A stretch of 64,000 nt of DNA from an uncultured Clostridia bacterium (GCA_944384445.1 CALWTL010000001.1:27622-91621); one strand, 5' to 3'; shown: positions 40,612-52,181, counted from the first letter of the stretch. Translations and numbers: made by a program. Notes: generated by a model from the letters alone, not told the origin.

Positions 40612-40615
40612 TTAT

Positions 40616-40650
40616 AAAAAATGGATACCGAAAATTGGTATCCATTTTTT
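40616..40650. terminator. Bidirectional terminator
   Basis: ATGGATACC/GGTATCCAT 9-bp stem flanked by A and T runs, between convergent genes. Confidence 0.6.
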
Positions 40651-41233
40651 ATTTGTCACCTAATGCTAAATAATCATTAGGGTCAACTTTTACTCCATCA
40701 ACTGTCATTTCAAAATGAAGATGAGCACCTGTATTTAACTCTTGAGCCATGCCGTCACTAACTTGTCCTATCACTTGACCTGCACTAACTTCATCTCCGA
40801 CTTTAACGTTAACATCACTAGCCATAGATTTATAGATAGATACGACTCCGTTCGCATGACTAATTTCGATTACTGTGCCTTCTAAATAATTAGTATAAAC
40901 ATTTGACACAGTACCATCTGCAACGGCATAAACATCTAAGACATCAGATGCTTTAAAATCAATTGCTTTGTGAATTTCCCATTGTTTTAATGTATCGTTA
41001 TATTGTAATTCACTTCCTGAATAATCTTTGACAACCGTAGCATTTTTCATTGGAACAACGTAAGTAGTTGTAGAGACATCTAATCCTTCATCGCCAATAT
41101 CTGCTCTGCTATTAGAGTTTGTACTAACTAAAGCGATTGTTATTGCACATGCAATAACTAAAACTCCAATCAAGATTGCATAGACATAATTCATAACAAT
41201 TTTTTTCTTTTGTTCAGAGTTAGTTTTGTCCAT
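40649..41233 (-). CDS. M23 family metallopeptidase, membrane-anchored (SpoIIQ-like architecture)
   Basis: N-terminal TM helix, HxxxD (HKAIDF) and HxH (GAHLHFEM) motifs. RBS GGAGGG precedes the ATG at 41233. Confidence 0.8.
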   Translation of the reverse strand: MDKTNSEQKKKIVMNYVYAILIGVLVIACAITIALVSTNSNSRADIGDEGLDVSTTTYVVPMKNATVVKDYSGSELQYNDTLKQWEIHKAIDFKASDVLDVYAVADGTVSNVYTNYLEGTVIEISHANGVVSIYKSMASDVNVKVGDEVSAGQVIGQVSDGMAQELNTGAHLHFEMTVDGVKVDPNDYLALGDK

Positions 41234-41285
41234 ATTCCCTCCTTCATGAGAATGATAGACAATTTTATAAAATTTAAACATAAAT

Positions 41286-41711
41286 TTAAAAACTTCCCAA
41301 AATTAACGGCCAACCTATGACAGAATAATCATCATAATAAGCAATTTGAATATTTATTTTTTCACCATCAACTTTAACATATTTTGATATTTTATTAGTA
41401 AATGCATAAATTACGCTAGCTCCTGAATCTAAATATTCAGTAAAAATTATGTTTGCATCTAATTCTTGAATTGCTGAAATAGGTTCAAAATTATCAATTA
41501 ACATGCTTTCTCCAACAATCCCATTTTTTTCTTTTATATCACCAATATTCATATAACAACTGCCTAAAAATAAATAATTTTCACTTAATGGACTATTTGA
41601 ATATGCATAATATTCTCCTTCAAAATAATCTTTTAAGCTAAAATCATTATTATAACCAATATTCCCTATCAAAATTAAAAAAATTATTATTACTACAAAT
41701 AGTTTTTTCAT
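41286..41711 (-). CDS. Secreted/anchored hypothetical protein
   Basis: 141 aa with an N-terminal signal/anchor. The stop is 52 nt upstream of the M23 gene start. Confidence 0.5.
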   Translation of the reverse strand: MKKLFVVIIIFLILIGNIGYNNDFSLKDYFEGEYYAYSNSPLSENYLFLGSCYMNIGDIKEKNGIVGESMLIDNFEPISAIQELDANIIFTEYLDSGASVIYAFTNKISKYVKVDGEKINIQIAYYDDYSVIGWPLILGSF

Positions 41712-41834
41712 ATTTTGATTATATGGTAAATTTCATTATTTTAATCATAAGTTTGATAAGAAAATTGTAAAAACAAGCAAATAATTAAAATCAATAGTAA
41801 AAAATTGCATAAAAAATTAAAAAAATTTTAACTT

Positions 41835-42788
41835 TTATAAACCAAAAATATTGTACAAATAAAGATATGCAAATATTCCTTGTGAATATTTAAAATAATC
41901 TTTAATTTTGTTTATGATTTTAATAACAATTGATTCATTAAATTCTTCACAAATTGACAACCTATCTAATATTGCCTCTCTGCACTTTTCACATAAAGTA
42001 TTGATGCAATTAAAATTCAAATTTATAATATTTGCAAACCATTCGTTATTTGTCATTGCATAAAATTTATCCATAAGAGCATAATCTTCTTTGACGGATT
42101 TATAAATGTCTACCATTGATAAAGTATGATTATGAATTGATTTGATAACTAATGAAAAAGCTGTTATAATTAAATAATCTACTATTGGCAAATATTGATA
42201 TTCAATTTGACATTGTTTAATAACTTGAATATCTATAAATTCAAAATCTCTTTCAATACTATTGATTAAATCAATGCTATTCATTGAACTAAGTTCGTTA
42301 AAATTAAAATTTAAGTCATTATCGTAATTTTGAACATAAATAAGGTTCTTTAAATAATTATAAAATTTGTTAAAAAACGTACTAAAAATTAAACTTATAT
42401 CAACAAATTTATTTTTTAGTATTAAATAATCATTATTATTTTTTTTTATTTTATATGAATTGTCCAAATAATATGGCAATATAGCATTTTCGATTGGCAA
42501 ATATATATTGATAAATTCAGATTTATCAAAATCTAAATTAAACAAAGAATTGATAGAACAATAGAATATTATAGTTCTATAACCATTGAAAACTTCATTA
42601 AGTTTATCTTTATCTTCAATAATATTAAGTTTATTAAAAATACATTTCTCTTTTATAAAATCATAAATTTCTGTTATTTCCAAATTACTAATATTATCAT
42701 CATATAGCAACATTACTTTTTGATATTTAGATTTTGATTCAATAATATTTTCTATATTTGACAAATATTCACCAAATTTTATATTCAT
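41835..42788 (-). CDS. Hypothetical protein (start uncertain)
   Basis: Long ORF. The track start at 42965 would overlap the acpP start region, so the internal ATG at 42788 (MNIKFGEYL) is preferred. No SD and no recognisable motif. Confidence 0.4.
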   Translation of the reverse strand: MNIKFGEYLSNIENIIESKSKYQKVMLLYDDNISNLEITEIYDFIKEKCIFNKLNIIEDKDKLNEVFNGYRTIIFYCSINSLFNLDFDKSEFINIYLPIENAILPYYLDNSYKIKKNNNDYLILKNKFVDISLIFSTFFNKFYNYLKNLIYVQNYDNDLNFNFNELSSMNSIDLINSIERDFEFIDIQVIKQCQIEYQYLPIVDYLIITAFSLVIKSIHNHTLSMVDIYKSVKEDYALMDKFYAMTNNEWFANIINLNFNCINTLCEKCREAILDRLSICEEFNESIVIKIINKIKDYFKYSQGIFAYLYLYNIFGL

Positions 42789-42930
42789 AATTTCATAATA
42801 ACAAATATCACTATATAAAAAACATATAATTATGTCGATATAGGCACAAAGTTTAGCGAAATTTATCATAATGAAAATATTTACTTTACTTTTTATCAAG
42901 ATTATTATAAAATACTTTAAGGAGGCTAAA

Positions 42931-43158
42931 ATGGAAGAAAAAATCATTAATCTAATTGCTGACAAGTTAGGTAAAAAGAAAGAATCAATAAAAATGGACT
43001 CTCATTTAGTAGAAGATTTAGGTGCAGATAGTCTTGATATAGTTGAACTTATAATGACTTTTGAAGAAGAGTTCGGAATATCTTTACCAGATGAAGATGT
43101 ATCAAAATTAAAAACTGTAGGGGACATTGTAAATTATATAAAAAATATTAAAAAATAA
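42931..43158 (+). CDS. acpP: Acyl carrier protein
   Basis: [11 protein letters not shown] phosphopantetheine-attachment motif. RBS AAGGAGG precedes the ATG at 42931. Confidence 0.9.
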   Translation: MEEKIINLIADKLGKKKESIKMDSHLVEDLGADSLDIVELIMTFEEEFGISLPDEDVSKLKTVGDIVNYIKNIKK

Positions 43159-43219
43159 ATAACAATTATATTTATTAATTTATTCATAATTAATACAAAT
43201 ACACATTACAAAAATAAAA

Positions 43220-43245
43220 AACTTCCTAATATGGAAGTTTTTTAT
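43220..43245. terminator. Bidirectional terminator
   Basis: AACTTCC/GGAAGTT stem flanked by A and T runs. Confidence 0.6.
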
Positions 43246-43264
43246 TTTTTATAAATAATAATTT

Positions 43265-43849
43265 CTATATATTTAATTCATTATCTATTAAATAATTGTA
43301 AAGATCTGCAAAATTTGCATTTAATAAATAATATCTATAATAAGAATTGTTTGTATTATACCCACCATCTGCATTGTAATACGGAATAATATAAACTCTT
43401 ACCTCTTGCATCTCGTCTGTATCATCAACAGAAAATATTAATTCTTTATAATAAACAGATTTACCATCAGAATCTTTATATTCACTATTTCCATTCATTA
43501 ATTTTTGTGGATTGTTATAAACAAATGAAACATAAAAATCAGATGTTGATGGAACAGTTGTCGCTGAAGTTGTAGAATTTGTCACTATTTCAGGTTTATC
43601 TGATAATGTACCACCAAAAAGTGCTGTAAGGCTTGTTTCTTTACTGGCATTATTAATTCTTTCTAATATTCCGTTATAGACATCATCTTCTACTTCTCTA
43701 ATTCCATTTGAAGAATATTGAACATATATGCTATCTGGATTATTGCAATTAATTTTATGATTGACATCAACATTTGCCATAATAATTGTAGCTATAATCA
43801 ATATCCCTATAATTGATAAACTTACGATTGCCGTTATTTTTTTTGCCAT
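43265..43849 (-). CDS. Membrane-anchored hypothetical protein
   Basis: 194 aa with an N-terminal TM anchor, downstream of ftsH. Confidence 0.5.
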   Translation of the reverse strand: MAKKITAIVSLSIIGILIIATIIMANVDVNHKINCNNPDSIYVQYSSNGIREVEDDVYNGILERINNASKETSLTALFGGTLSDKPEIVTNSTTSATTVPSTSDFYVSFVYNNPQKLMNGNSEYKDSDGKSVYYKELIFSVDDTDEMQEVRVYIIPYYNADGGYNTNNSYYRYYLLNANFADLYNYLIDNELNI

Positions 43850-43899
43850 AATAAATCTCCCATATAATAATATAATAAAGTAAAAATTAAATCAAGTAA

Positions 43900-46206
43900 T
43901 TAACTATTATTTTTATCATCATCTTTGTCTTCTTTGTTTGCATTGTCAAGTTTTTCATTCTTATATTTTTCAATATTTGAATCAGATTTTTGGCTTTTTT
44001 CTTTAGCAGTTAATTCTGAATTATTACTTTTAGAATCACTTAATTTATCTTTATTCTTCAAAATATCATTTAAATCAATGTCATTTTTACCAAGCATTTT
44101 ATTTAATTCTATATATTCTTTTTCTGCTTCTTTTTTTATATTTTCCAAATCTTGTTTAGTTATAACACCTACTCGTGCAAGTGCTTCAGCATTCTCAATT
44201 CTAGCTTTTATTTCTCTTGTTTTCTTTTCTTCTAATGCTTCCCTTTTAGCTTTCTCTTGATATTCTCTTTTTTCTTGTTCTTTTTTATCAATGGCAACTT
44301 CAACTTCTTCAACTGATGCACCATTGAATAACATTTCAAATTCTTCTTTATATATAGTTTCTTTATCTAATAAGATTTTTTCAACTTTTTCAATAACTTC
44401 TTTTTTACTTTTCAAAATTTCCATTGCTTTTTTATGCGCATTATCAATTATATCTTTTACTTCACTATCTATTTTGGAAGCTAATTCTTGACTATAAGGA
44501 ACTTGTCGTTGATAATCACGCCCTACAAAAATTTCTTCTCCTTCGCCAAAGCTAATTAAACCTAAAGATTCACTCATACCCCATTCAGCGACCATTTTTC
44601 TAGCAACTTTTGTAGCACGTTCAATATCATTTGATGCACCTGTAGTAATATCATCAAGCATTAATTCTTCAGCCGTTCTACCACCCAACATCATAGTTAT
44701 AGAATCTAACAATTTTTGTTTAGGCATATGAGTCCTGTCTTTTTCGTCAAATGTAAGAGTATAACCTCCAGCATTACCACGTGGTATTACAGATATCTCT
44801 TGAACATCGTCACAATTAGGCAACGTTTCTGCAATAATAGCATGTCCTGCTTCATGAATTGCTGTTATCTTTCTATCTTGTTCTGTAATTACTCTTGATA
44901 CTTTTTTAGGTCCCATTAATACTTTGTTTAAACCCTCTTGAATATCAATCATAGTAATTTTATATCTACCATCTCTAGCAGTAAGCAAAGCCGCTTCGTT
45001 TAATACGTTTTCGATATCTGCACCTGCTAATCCACTTGTTAAACGTGCTATACGTTTGATATCAACATCGTCACTAAGCGGTTTGTTTCTAACATGAACT
45101 TTTATAATATCTTCTCTACCTTTTACGTCTGGTAAATGAACATAAATTTGTCTATCAAAACGACCAGGACGAGTTAGTGCTGGATCAAGGACATCAGCTC
45201 TGTTAGTTGCAGCAAGCACAATTATTCCACTATTTGTTTCAAAACCGTCCATCTCAACAAGCAATTGGTTTAAAGTTTGTTCACGTTCATCATTACCGCC
45301 ACCCATTCCTGCACCACGTTGTCTACCAACAGCATCTATTTCATCAATAAAAACGATACATGGAGCACTTGCTTTTGCACTATCAAATAAATCACGTACT
45401 CTACTAGCACCTACACCTACATATAATTCTACAAAATCACTACCTGAAATGCTAAAGAAAGGTACTTTACTTTCACCAGCAACAGCTTTAGCAAGTAAAG
45501 TCTTACCAGTTCCAGGCGGACCGACTAATAATACACCTTTTGGAATACGTGCACCAAGTTCAGTAAATCTAGAAGGATTTTTTAAAAATTCAACAATCTC
45601 TTTTAATTCTTGTTTTTCTTCTTCTGCACCTGCGACATCTGTAAATTTAACATTAGAAGATACCACAAGTCTAGCTTTACTTTTACCAAATCCAAAACCT
45701 TTACTATTTCCAGACATAGCTTTAAATAAAATAATACCAATTACAACTATTAAAACAATGTTTAAAATAGGCATTATGTTAGAAATCCATGATTGAGATT
45801 CATATGAATAACTAGCTTCTATTAAAACTGCTCCCTCTTTCAATAATTTATTACCATATTCATCTAGAATGTAATTCCCTTGCTCATCTTTTTGATACAA
45901 ACTATCGTTATAAGAATCAATAAAGTTTGTCAATTCATCTACACTCATAAAAGAACAATAAGCATCAATGCTATTAGGGAATTTTGATTCAGCTACTCCG
46001 TCAATTGTTCTAATTCTTACTGTATAACCATATACATCAATTTCAGCGACTTCTCCACTTGTGACCATTTGTTGAAACTCAGTATAACTAATTTCTTTAT
46101 CTTTATTATTATTAGACATTACCCAATAAACCAATAGAGCTACTAACACAACCCCAATTATAAAAAAGACTATAGATTTCCATGAGTTGTTTTTCTTTTT
46201 TTCCAT
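43900..46206 (-). CDS. ftsH: ATP-dependent zinc metalloprotease FtsH
   Basis: [22 protein letters not shown] and HEAGH motifs. 768 aa including a ~130-aa Lys/Glu-rich C-terminal tail. Confidence 0.95.
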   Translation of the reverse strand: MEKKKNNSWKSIVFFIIGVVLVALLVYWVMSNNNKDKEISYTEFQQMVTSGEVAEIDVYGYTVRIRTIDGVAESKFPNSIDAYCSFMSVDELTNFIDSYNDSLYQKDEQGNYILDEYGNKLLKEGAVLIEASYSYESQSWISNIMPILNIVLIVVIGIILFKAMSGNSKGFGFGKSKARLVVSSNVKFTDVAGAEEEKQELKEIVEFLKNPSRFTELGARIPKGVLLVGPPGTGKTLLAKAVAGESKVPFFSISGSDFVELYVGVGASRVRDLFDSAKASAPCIVFIDEIDAVGRQRGAGMGGGNDEREQTLNQLLVEMDGFETNSGIIVLAATNRADVLDPALTRPGRFDRQIYVHLPDVKGREDIIKVHVRNKPLSDDVDIKRIARLTSGLAGADIENVLNEAALLTARDGRYKITMIDIQEGLNKVLMGPKKVSRVITEQDRKITAIHEAGHAIIAETLPNCDDVQEISVIPRGNAGGYTLTFDEKDRTHMPKQKLLDSITMMLGGRTAEELMLDDITTGASNDIERATKVARKMVAEWGMSESLGLISFGEGEEIFVGRDYQRQVPYSQELASKIDSEVKDIIDNAHKKAMEILKSKKEVIEKVEKILLDKETIYKEEFEMLFNGASVEEVEVAIDKKEQEKREYQEKAKREALEEKKTREIKARIENAEALARVGVITKQDLENIKKEAEKEYIELNKMLGKNDIDLNDILKNKDKLSDSKSNNSELTAKEKSQKSDSNIEKYKNEKLDNANKEDKDDDKNNS

Positions 46207-46469
46207 TTTTCACCTCAGTAGTTTATATTATAACATAAATAAAAAATATTAACAAATATTTTGAATAAATTAATCTTATATTTCCCTATTATGTAAAAAA
46301 TAAATATAAAAGAATATAATTTACATAATCATATATTAATTATTTAAAATTATGATATGTCGTTTTCAAGCACAATTTACTTTTTAATGACTAATTTAAC
46401 AATAATCAAATTGCAAAAATAAGTTTACAAACAATTTGAATTGTGATAAAATTCAAAAAAGGAGTAATT

Positions 46470-47240
46470 ATGTTAGCGACTATAGGTTTAATCGTTGATA
46501 TTGTAATCATAGGAGCACTTTTAATTTTAGGTATAATTGGATATAAAAAAGGATTTTTAAAATCTTTTATATCACTATTTAGTTGGGTTGTATGTATTAT
46601 TATTGCAATTTTTACAGCAAAGTATGTAGCTAACTGGATAAACGGAATATATGATTTTTCTTCTTTAATAGGGAATAAAATAGCTAATGGTTTAAATGGT
46701 GTGGACGAATTCTTTACTCGTTCAATAGCTGAATTTAGTAGCACTGAAGAAATCATAAATAATCTTCCTAGCAATCTAAATGCTTTGCTCAGTCAATTAA
46801 TAAAAATAGTATTTTCAAACACATCAGTGGATATGACAAGTTCTGAAACAATTGCAACAGTAGTTGGCTCTTCACTAGGTCACATTTGTATGATAATAAT
46901 ATCTGCAATATTAGTATTCATTGTATTAAAAATCGTAGTTGCTTTACTATCTAAATTATTTGATGATATTTCTCGAACTAAAATCTTAGGCGGACTAAAT
47001 AAAGTATTAGGATTAGTTTTTGGAATATTAAAAGCGGCATGTGTAATAATTATTTTAAATGGAATTTTAGTAGGATTATCACTAATACCAGCTGTAAACG
47101 AAACTATAACACCACTTATTCAAGATAACACTCATATTGAAAAAGTTATTTATAATAAAACTGATGAATTTGTAGGAAAATATGTTATAGAAGGCAATGT
47201 TATCCAAGAATGGATAACAGATTTATGGAATTCACGTTAA
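46470..47240 (+). CDS. CvpA family membrane protein
   Basis: N-terminus MLATIGLIVDIVIIGALLILGIIGYKKGFLKS is typical of CvpA. GGAG precedes the ATG at 46470. Confidence 0.7.
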   Translation: MLATIGLIVDIVIIGALLILGIIGYKKGFLKSFISLFSWVVCIIIAIFTAKYVANWINGIYDFSSLIGNKIANGLNGVDEFFTRSIAEFSSTEEIINNLPSNLNALLSQLIKIVFSNTSVDMTSSETIATVVGSSLGHICMIIISAILVFIVLKIVVALLSKLFDDISRTKILGGLNKVLGLVFGILKAACVIIILNGILVGLSLIPAVNETITPLIQDNTHIEKVIYNKTDEFVGKYVIEGNVIQEWITDLWNSR

Positions 47241-47251
47241 GAGGGAAATTT

Positions 47252-48481
47252 ATGGGACTATACGAGATATTAAAAGATAGAAATTTACTATATCAAACAA
47301 CAGATGAAGAAAAATTAAAACAATTATTAGATAACGAAAAAATTACTGTATATTCAGGAACAGACCCAACAGCAGACAGTTTGCATATAGGTCACTGTGT
47401 ACCATGCACAATTTTAAGACGATTTCAACAGGCAGGACACAGAGTTATAATTTTAGTAGGCGGAGCAACTGCAGCTATTGGGGACCCTACAGGAAAATCT
47501 GATATGCGTCCAATGCTTACAAAAGAACAACTTGTTCACAACATAGAAGGGATAAAACGTGCATACGGCAAATTTTTAAAATTCGATGGTGATAATCCAG
47601 CAATTATTGTTAACAATGCTGATTGGTTTAAAGGATATGATTATGTAGATTTTATGCGTGATGTTGGAGTACATTTCAGCATTAACAAAATGATTTCTAA
47701 TGAAATTTACGCTAAACGTATGGAAGAAGGTGGATTAACCTTTTTTGAAATGGGTTATATGCTTATGCAAGCTTACGATTTTTTGTATTTAAACAAAAAA
47801 TATAATTGTCAACTTCAATGGGGAGGTGCTGATCAATGGGGAAACATTGTAGCAGGTACCGAACTTGGAAGAAAAATGAATTTTATAGACAATAAAAATA
47901 GAATCATGATAGGTGCAACTAATCCACTTTTATTGACACCTGAAGGCAAAAAAATGGGCAAAACTGAAAAAGGTGCAATTTGGATTGAAAAAGACAAAAT
48001 TTCAGCATATGATTTTTATCAAGGTATTTATCAAACTCCAGATGCATGCGTAGAAATGATGTTTGCCCTATTTACTGATATACCTATGAATGATGTGCGA
48101 AACATGATAAAAACTGATATTGTATCTAGTAAAAAAAGATTAGCTTTTGAAATAACAAATTTTATTCGAGGTGAGTCTGATGCAAAAGAAGCGGAAAATA
48201 TGAGTAAAAACTTATTTGCATCTTCTAATATAGATAAAGATAATGCTCCAACGAATGAGTTAGAAATTAATAATGAACAAATTGGTTTGCTAGATTTGTT
48301 AACTATGGCGAAATTTACACAATCAAATGGTGAAGCAAGAAGATTGATTGAACAACATGGACTATCTATGGACGGAACAATAATAGATAATCCGCAAATG
48401 AAAATTGATACTAAAAATTTAAAAGACGGAATTTTATTTAAAAAAGGCAAGAAAAATTATTTATTGATAAAAATAAAATAA
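47252..48481 (+). CDS. tyrS: Tyrosine--tRNA ligase
   Basis: SLHIGH (HIGH) and KMGKT (KMSKS) motifs plus a C-terminal S4-like domain. GAGGGA precedes the ATG at 47252. Confidence 0.9.
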   Translation: MGLYEILKDRNLLYQTTDEEKLKQLLDNEKITVYSGTDPTADSLHIGHCVPCTILRRFQQAGHRVIILVGGATAAIGDPTGKSDMRPMLTKEQLVHNIEGIKRAYGKFLKFDGDNPAIIVNNADWFKGYDYVDFMRDVGVHFSINKMISNEIYAKRMEEGGLTFFEMGYMLMQAYDFLYLNKKYNCQLQWGGADQWGNIVAGTELGRKMNFIDNKNRIMIGATNPLLLTPEGKKMGKTEKGAIWIEKDKISAYDFYQGIYQTPDACVEMMFALFTDIPMNDVRNMIKTDIVSSKKRLAFEITNFIRGESDAKEAENMSKNLFASSNIDKDNAPTNELEINNEQIGLLDLLTMAKFTQSNGEARRLIEQHGLSMDGTIIDNPQMKIDTKNLKDGILFKKGKKNYLLIKIK

Positions 48482-48506
48482 AGACACTCAATGTGTCTTA
48501 TTTTTT
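48481..48506 (+). terminator. Terminator after tyrS
   Basis: AAGACAC/GTGTCTT stem followed by a T-run. Confidence 0.6.
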
Positions 48507-48579
48507 ATAATTATAATTTAAAAATTTTTTAATGATAATAAATATATTTTGTTATTTAAAATTTTAACTATTGAGTACA

Positions 48580-49164
48580 TTATGCATTTTCATTTTCGTG
48601 TTCAATCGTAGAGTTATTATCTATATTCAAGTTGTTATTTTTTTCAATATTAATATTTGACAATTTTTTGTCAACTCTAGCTTTGTTTGCTAAATCTAAG
48701 ATTTCTTGTGCTAGTTTATATACATCTTCATTAATAAATCTCAAAATAATTTTATCTCTTGATTTTGATTTTATTAAAAGTTCTAGTGAACGTACACCTT
48801 TTTTGGCAAATATGTCATATAATGTTCTCTTGGGTTTAACATCGAATATATTAGATAATTCTATAACCGTATCATACATCAAAGATTTTATAATTAAACA
48901 ATTTTCATGAATTGCATATACTCTCATTTTTTTAGAATTTTTATACGTCCTAATACTTTGTAATATGCAAAATACTAAAATACAAATATCTATTAACCAT
49001 ATATACCATTTCATAAATTTAACGACTAAATAGACTATTGATATTAACAAAACAATATTGGCTAAAATTAATAAAACACTTAACCAAAAAAGATGTTGAT
49101 GCTCATCTATTTCAATCTCTTTTATAAACTTTCCTATTTGAAATTCTTCTTCTTTTTTTTTCAA
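48580..49164 (-). CDS. Two-TM membrane protein, unknown function
   Basis: 194-aa ORF with two adjacent TM helices and a soluble C-terminal domain. Confidence 0.5.
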   Translation of the reverse strand: MKKKEEEFQIGKFIKEIEIDEHQHLFWLSVLLILANIVLLISIVYLVVKFMKWYIWLIDICILVFCILQSIRTYKNSKKMRVYAIHENCLIIKSLMYDTVIELSNIFDVKPKRTLYDIFAKKGVRSLELLIKSKSRDKIILRFINEDVYKLAQEILDLANKARVDKKLSNINIEKNNNLNIDNNSTIEHENENA

Positions 49165-49173
49165 ATTTTTCTC

Positions 49174-50268
49174 CTAAACGTTAAATTTAAATATTATAAT
49201 ATCCCCATCTTCTACGACATAATCTTTACCTGCACTAATAACTTTCCCTTTTTCTCTGCAAAGATTATAATCTCTCAAACTTATTAAATCATTATATTTA
49301 ACAACATCTGCACGAATAAACCCACGCTCAAAATCTGTATGAATTTTTCCTGCCGCCTGAGGTGCTAGTGTGCCTTTTTTTATTGTCCAAGCACGTACTT
49401 CTTTCTCACCTGCTGTTATAAAACTAATCAATCCAAGTAAATGATAACTTGCTCTGATTAGTTTATCCAATCCAGATAAATCAATTCCTAATTCAGCCTT
49501 AAACATTTCTCTATCTTCTGGACTCATATTTACTAATTCTTCTTCCGTTTTTGCACAAAGAGATATTACTTCTGCATTTTCTTTACTTGCTAAATTTTTA
49601 ATTTTATTTATATTTTCAATTTGAAAATCATCTAAAGAGTCCGAAGTATTTGCAACATATATCACTGGTTTAGTTGTAATTAAAAAGAAACTATCAACAA
49701 TTTTTTTTTCTTCCTGATTAAAATCTAAAATTCTAGCAGATTTTCCTTCTTTTAATGTATCTAAAATTTTATTTAATAATTCAAACTCTTTTTGTGTAGC
49801 TAAATCTGCAGAACCACCATGTACAAGTTTTTTTACTTTGTCTATTTTCTTTGTGACAGTATCAATATCAGATAATATTAATTCTAAATTAATAGTATCA
49901 ATGTCACGCAACGGGTCAATTGAACCTTCAACGTGGATTATTTTATCATTTTTAAAACATCTAACTACATGCACTATAGCATCTACTTCTCTAATGTGAC
50001 TTAAAAATTTATTTCCTAGTCCTGCTCCCTCACTTGCACCTTTTACTAATCCAGCAATATCTACAAACTCAATTTGTGCGGGTATTATTTTATTTGTATT
50101 ATATAGTTTTGCTAATTGAATTAATCTTTCGTCATATACATCAACCACTCCAACATTTGGTTCAATTGTGCAAAATGGATAATTTGCAGATTCAGCGCCG
50201 GCTTTTGTAATAGCATTAAATAGCGTACTTTTTCCAACATTTGGAAGCCCTACCACTCCAAGTTTCAT
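49174..50268 (-). CDS. ychF: Ribosome-binding ATPase YchF
   Basis: GLPNVGKSTLFNA, a TGS-like C-terminus, 364 aa. Confidence 0.9.
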   Translation of the reverse strand: MKLGVVGLPNVGKSTLFNAITKAGAESANYPFCTIEPNVGVVDVYDERLIQLAKLYNTNKIIPAQIEFVDIAGLVKGASEGAGLGNKFLSHIREVDAIVHVVRCFKNDKIIHVEGSIDPLRDIDTINLELILSDIDTVTKKIDKVKKLVHGGSADLATQKEFELLNKILDTLKEGKSARILDFNQEEKKIVDSFFLITTKPVIYVANTSDSLDDFQIENINKIKNLASKENAEVISLCAKTEEELVNMSPEDREMFKAELGIDLSGLDKLIRASYHLLGLISFITAGEKEVRAWTIKKGTLAPQAAGKIHTDFERGFIRADVVKYNDLISLRDYNLCREKGKVISAGKDYVVEDGDIIIFKFNV

Positions 50269-50332
50269 ATATTCTCCCTAAAATGTAATAATTTATAAAT
50301 ATAATAATATAATATTTAAAAGAAAAATTCAA

Positions 50333-51082
50333 GTGATTGAGATAATTAAGTACATTTTCATAGGTTTTATACAAGGTTTGACCGAATTCTTGCCAATATC
50401 AAGTAGCGGTCATATAGTTTTATTTGGATCAATGTTCAACTTAGACAACTTATTGTTAATTAGCGTTGTGGCACACATTGGAACATTGTTTGCTGTAATA
50501 TTTTGCTATAGAGAAAAATTATATTCCTTAATACGTCACCCTATAAATAAGACTAATTTAAATCTTATAATAGCAACTGTACCAACCGTAATATTAGTTT
50601 TATTATTTAACGCTTTTTTTGAAGATAGTTTTTCAACTAAAACTCTCGTTTGGGGATTTTTAATATCTTCAGTATTACTAGTTATCGCAGACTTCAAAAA
50701 AGATAGCACAAAACATTTAACAAAACGTTCCGCTTTATACATGGGACTAGCACAGGGGCTAGCTTTACTCCCAGGGATATCTCGTAGTGGTTCAACATTA
50801 GTTTGTGGATTATTAGTTGGAGTTGAAAAAAATGAAGCACTTGATTTTTCTTTTTTAATGAGTATTCCAATAATCATTGCTAGTGCTGTATATGAATCAA
50901 TCAAATTATTTTCAGCTCAAATAACTGTCAACTGGATAGGAATTTTTATTGTTATGATTACATCTTTTATTTTTGGAATACTGTCAATTAAAATAATGCT
51001 AAAATTAGTTAAAAAGAATAAGTTATATTTTTTCAGTATATATCTAATTGTTTTAAGTTTAATAATTTTGATATTTTTATAA
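50333..51082 (+). CDS. uppP: Undecaprenyl-diphosphate phosphatase
   Basis: LTEFLPISSSGH and PGISRSG motifs. Polytopic. Confidence 0.85.
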   Translation: MIEIIKYIFIGFIQGLTEFLPISSSGHIVLFGSMFNLDNLLLISVVAHIGTLFAVIFCYREKLYSLIRHPINKTNLNLIIATVPTVILVLLFNAFFEDSFSTKTLVWGFLISSVLLVIADFKKDSTKHLTKRSALYMGLAQGLALLPGISRSGSTLVCGLLVGVEKNEALDFSFLMSIPIIIASAVYESIKLFSAQITVNWIGIFIVMITSFIFGILSIKIMLKLVKKNKLYFFSIYLIVLSLIILIFL

Positions 51083-51226
51083 AATGTAAATAGTTTAATA
51101 TTTAAAATATACCATAATCACAAATCAATAAAAATAATTACAAAAAAAAATTAATTTACCAAAAATTACCAACGAAATATTTACGTATTTATATGTAATT
51201 GTATTTTAATATCATAATATAATTAT

Positions 51227-51430
51227 ATGAACATAGGAAAAATAATTAGAGATTTAAGAAAAGACAAAGGATTGACTCAAACGCAATTAGCTCAAAAAAT
51301 ATCAACTACACAAGATACAATATCATTATGGGAATTAGGTAAAAGTTATCCTGATATAATTAATCTTGTTAAGTTAGCAAATTTTTTTGGTGTGTCAACA
51401 GATTATATGTTAGGATTAAAAGAATTTTAA
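51227..51430 (+). CDS. XRE-family helix-turn-helix transcriptional regulator
   Basis: 67 aa with LTQTQLAQKISTTQDTISLWELG, an HTH_3 pattern. Confidence 0.8.
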   Translation: MNIGKIIRDLRKDKGLTQTQLAQKISTTQDTISLWELGKSYPDIINLVKLANFFGVSTDYMLGLKEF

Positions 51431-51555
51431 TGTATAATAATTGTTTTAATCAATTTAATTAATATACTTTACTATGTAAAATAAATAATTTTATATAAAA
51501 ATTTTCAAATAAATAAAGTTTAAATTTGGTGCATCTGCATCAAATTTTTCTATAT

Positions 51556-51584
51556 TTGACAATTTTAATAAAGTATGATAATAT
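51556..51584 (+). promoter_or_regulatory. Sigma-A type promoter driving the large ncRNA
   Basis: TTGACA, 17 nt, TAATAT. The predicted start at about 51591 is 3 nt before the closing helix of the RNA. Confidence 0.5.
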
Positions 51585-51590
51585 ATTAAT

Positions 51591-52150
51591 ATAACGAAGG
51601 TGCAGTATTCTAGTCAACTAATCTATATGAGGGTGCCGAAATAAGCATCGCTGGCATAACTATGAAGTTCGTGGTGTTGGTCTTGATTGCCCAAATTGGG
51701 ACTGATACTGGGAGTTAAGATTTTTGGGACTCGTATAACGGCATATACGTCAAAACCCAATTATCGTGGAGACTTAAGTGGGTAGAAAATTATTTTATCG
51801 CTTAGGATTAAACCTGCATATGACGAAAGTTGTGTGCAGTGTAGCCTGCTTTGAGTGGATAATTCGGGATAGAGCGCAAACTTTTATATTTTTAAGTACA
51901 CGAAATATGTAAGTTGCTCTTGAAATATTATTCGCAAAATCAAGATAAATATAGATGATGTTGTCAAGGAAAACTTCTAGACTGTATCTTATAGATGGCA
52001 CTCTGGGGATTATAGTGTGGTCTCAGTGGCGATTCGGTGCAAGTTTTGCGTAAAGGGAAACCGCTTTGCTGGTGACAGCGATGTGCAAAATTGGGAAATC
52101 CAACCGAACCTTATGCCGCAAGGTTTACTCAGAGTGTTGCCTTCGTAATT
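51591..52150 (+). ncRNA. Large structured non-coding RNA, candidate OLE-class RNA
   Basis: About 555 nt with no credible ORF and visibly more G+C than the flanks (32 of 60 nt in 52021-52080). Terminal helix ACGAAGG (51594-51600) / CCTTCGT (52140-52146). Nested helix CACTCTG (51999-52005) / CAGAGTG (52130-52136). Hairpins at 51732-51749, 52066-81 (GTGA loop), 52091-52103 (GAAAT loop) and 52107-52125. Followed by a small 4-TM protein gene. Confidence 0.6.
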
Positions 52151-52181
52151 GAAATTTCATGTGTAAAACACATTTATATAT

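Noticed and set aside
46406-46774. 122-aa minus-strand ORF overlapping the cvpA start. Similar small ORFs occur at 13941-14228, 39903-40175, 49093-49287, 56466-56648, 61737-62173 and 63241-63522.
   Set aside because: Each overlaps a better-supported gene or a promoter region on the opposite strand, and each lacks an RBS and any recognisable motif.
51795-52001. 68-aa minus-strand ORF inside the large ncRNA region.
   Set aside because: No RBS and an odd composition. It sits within a region better explained by long-range RNA helices and a plus-strand promoter.
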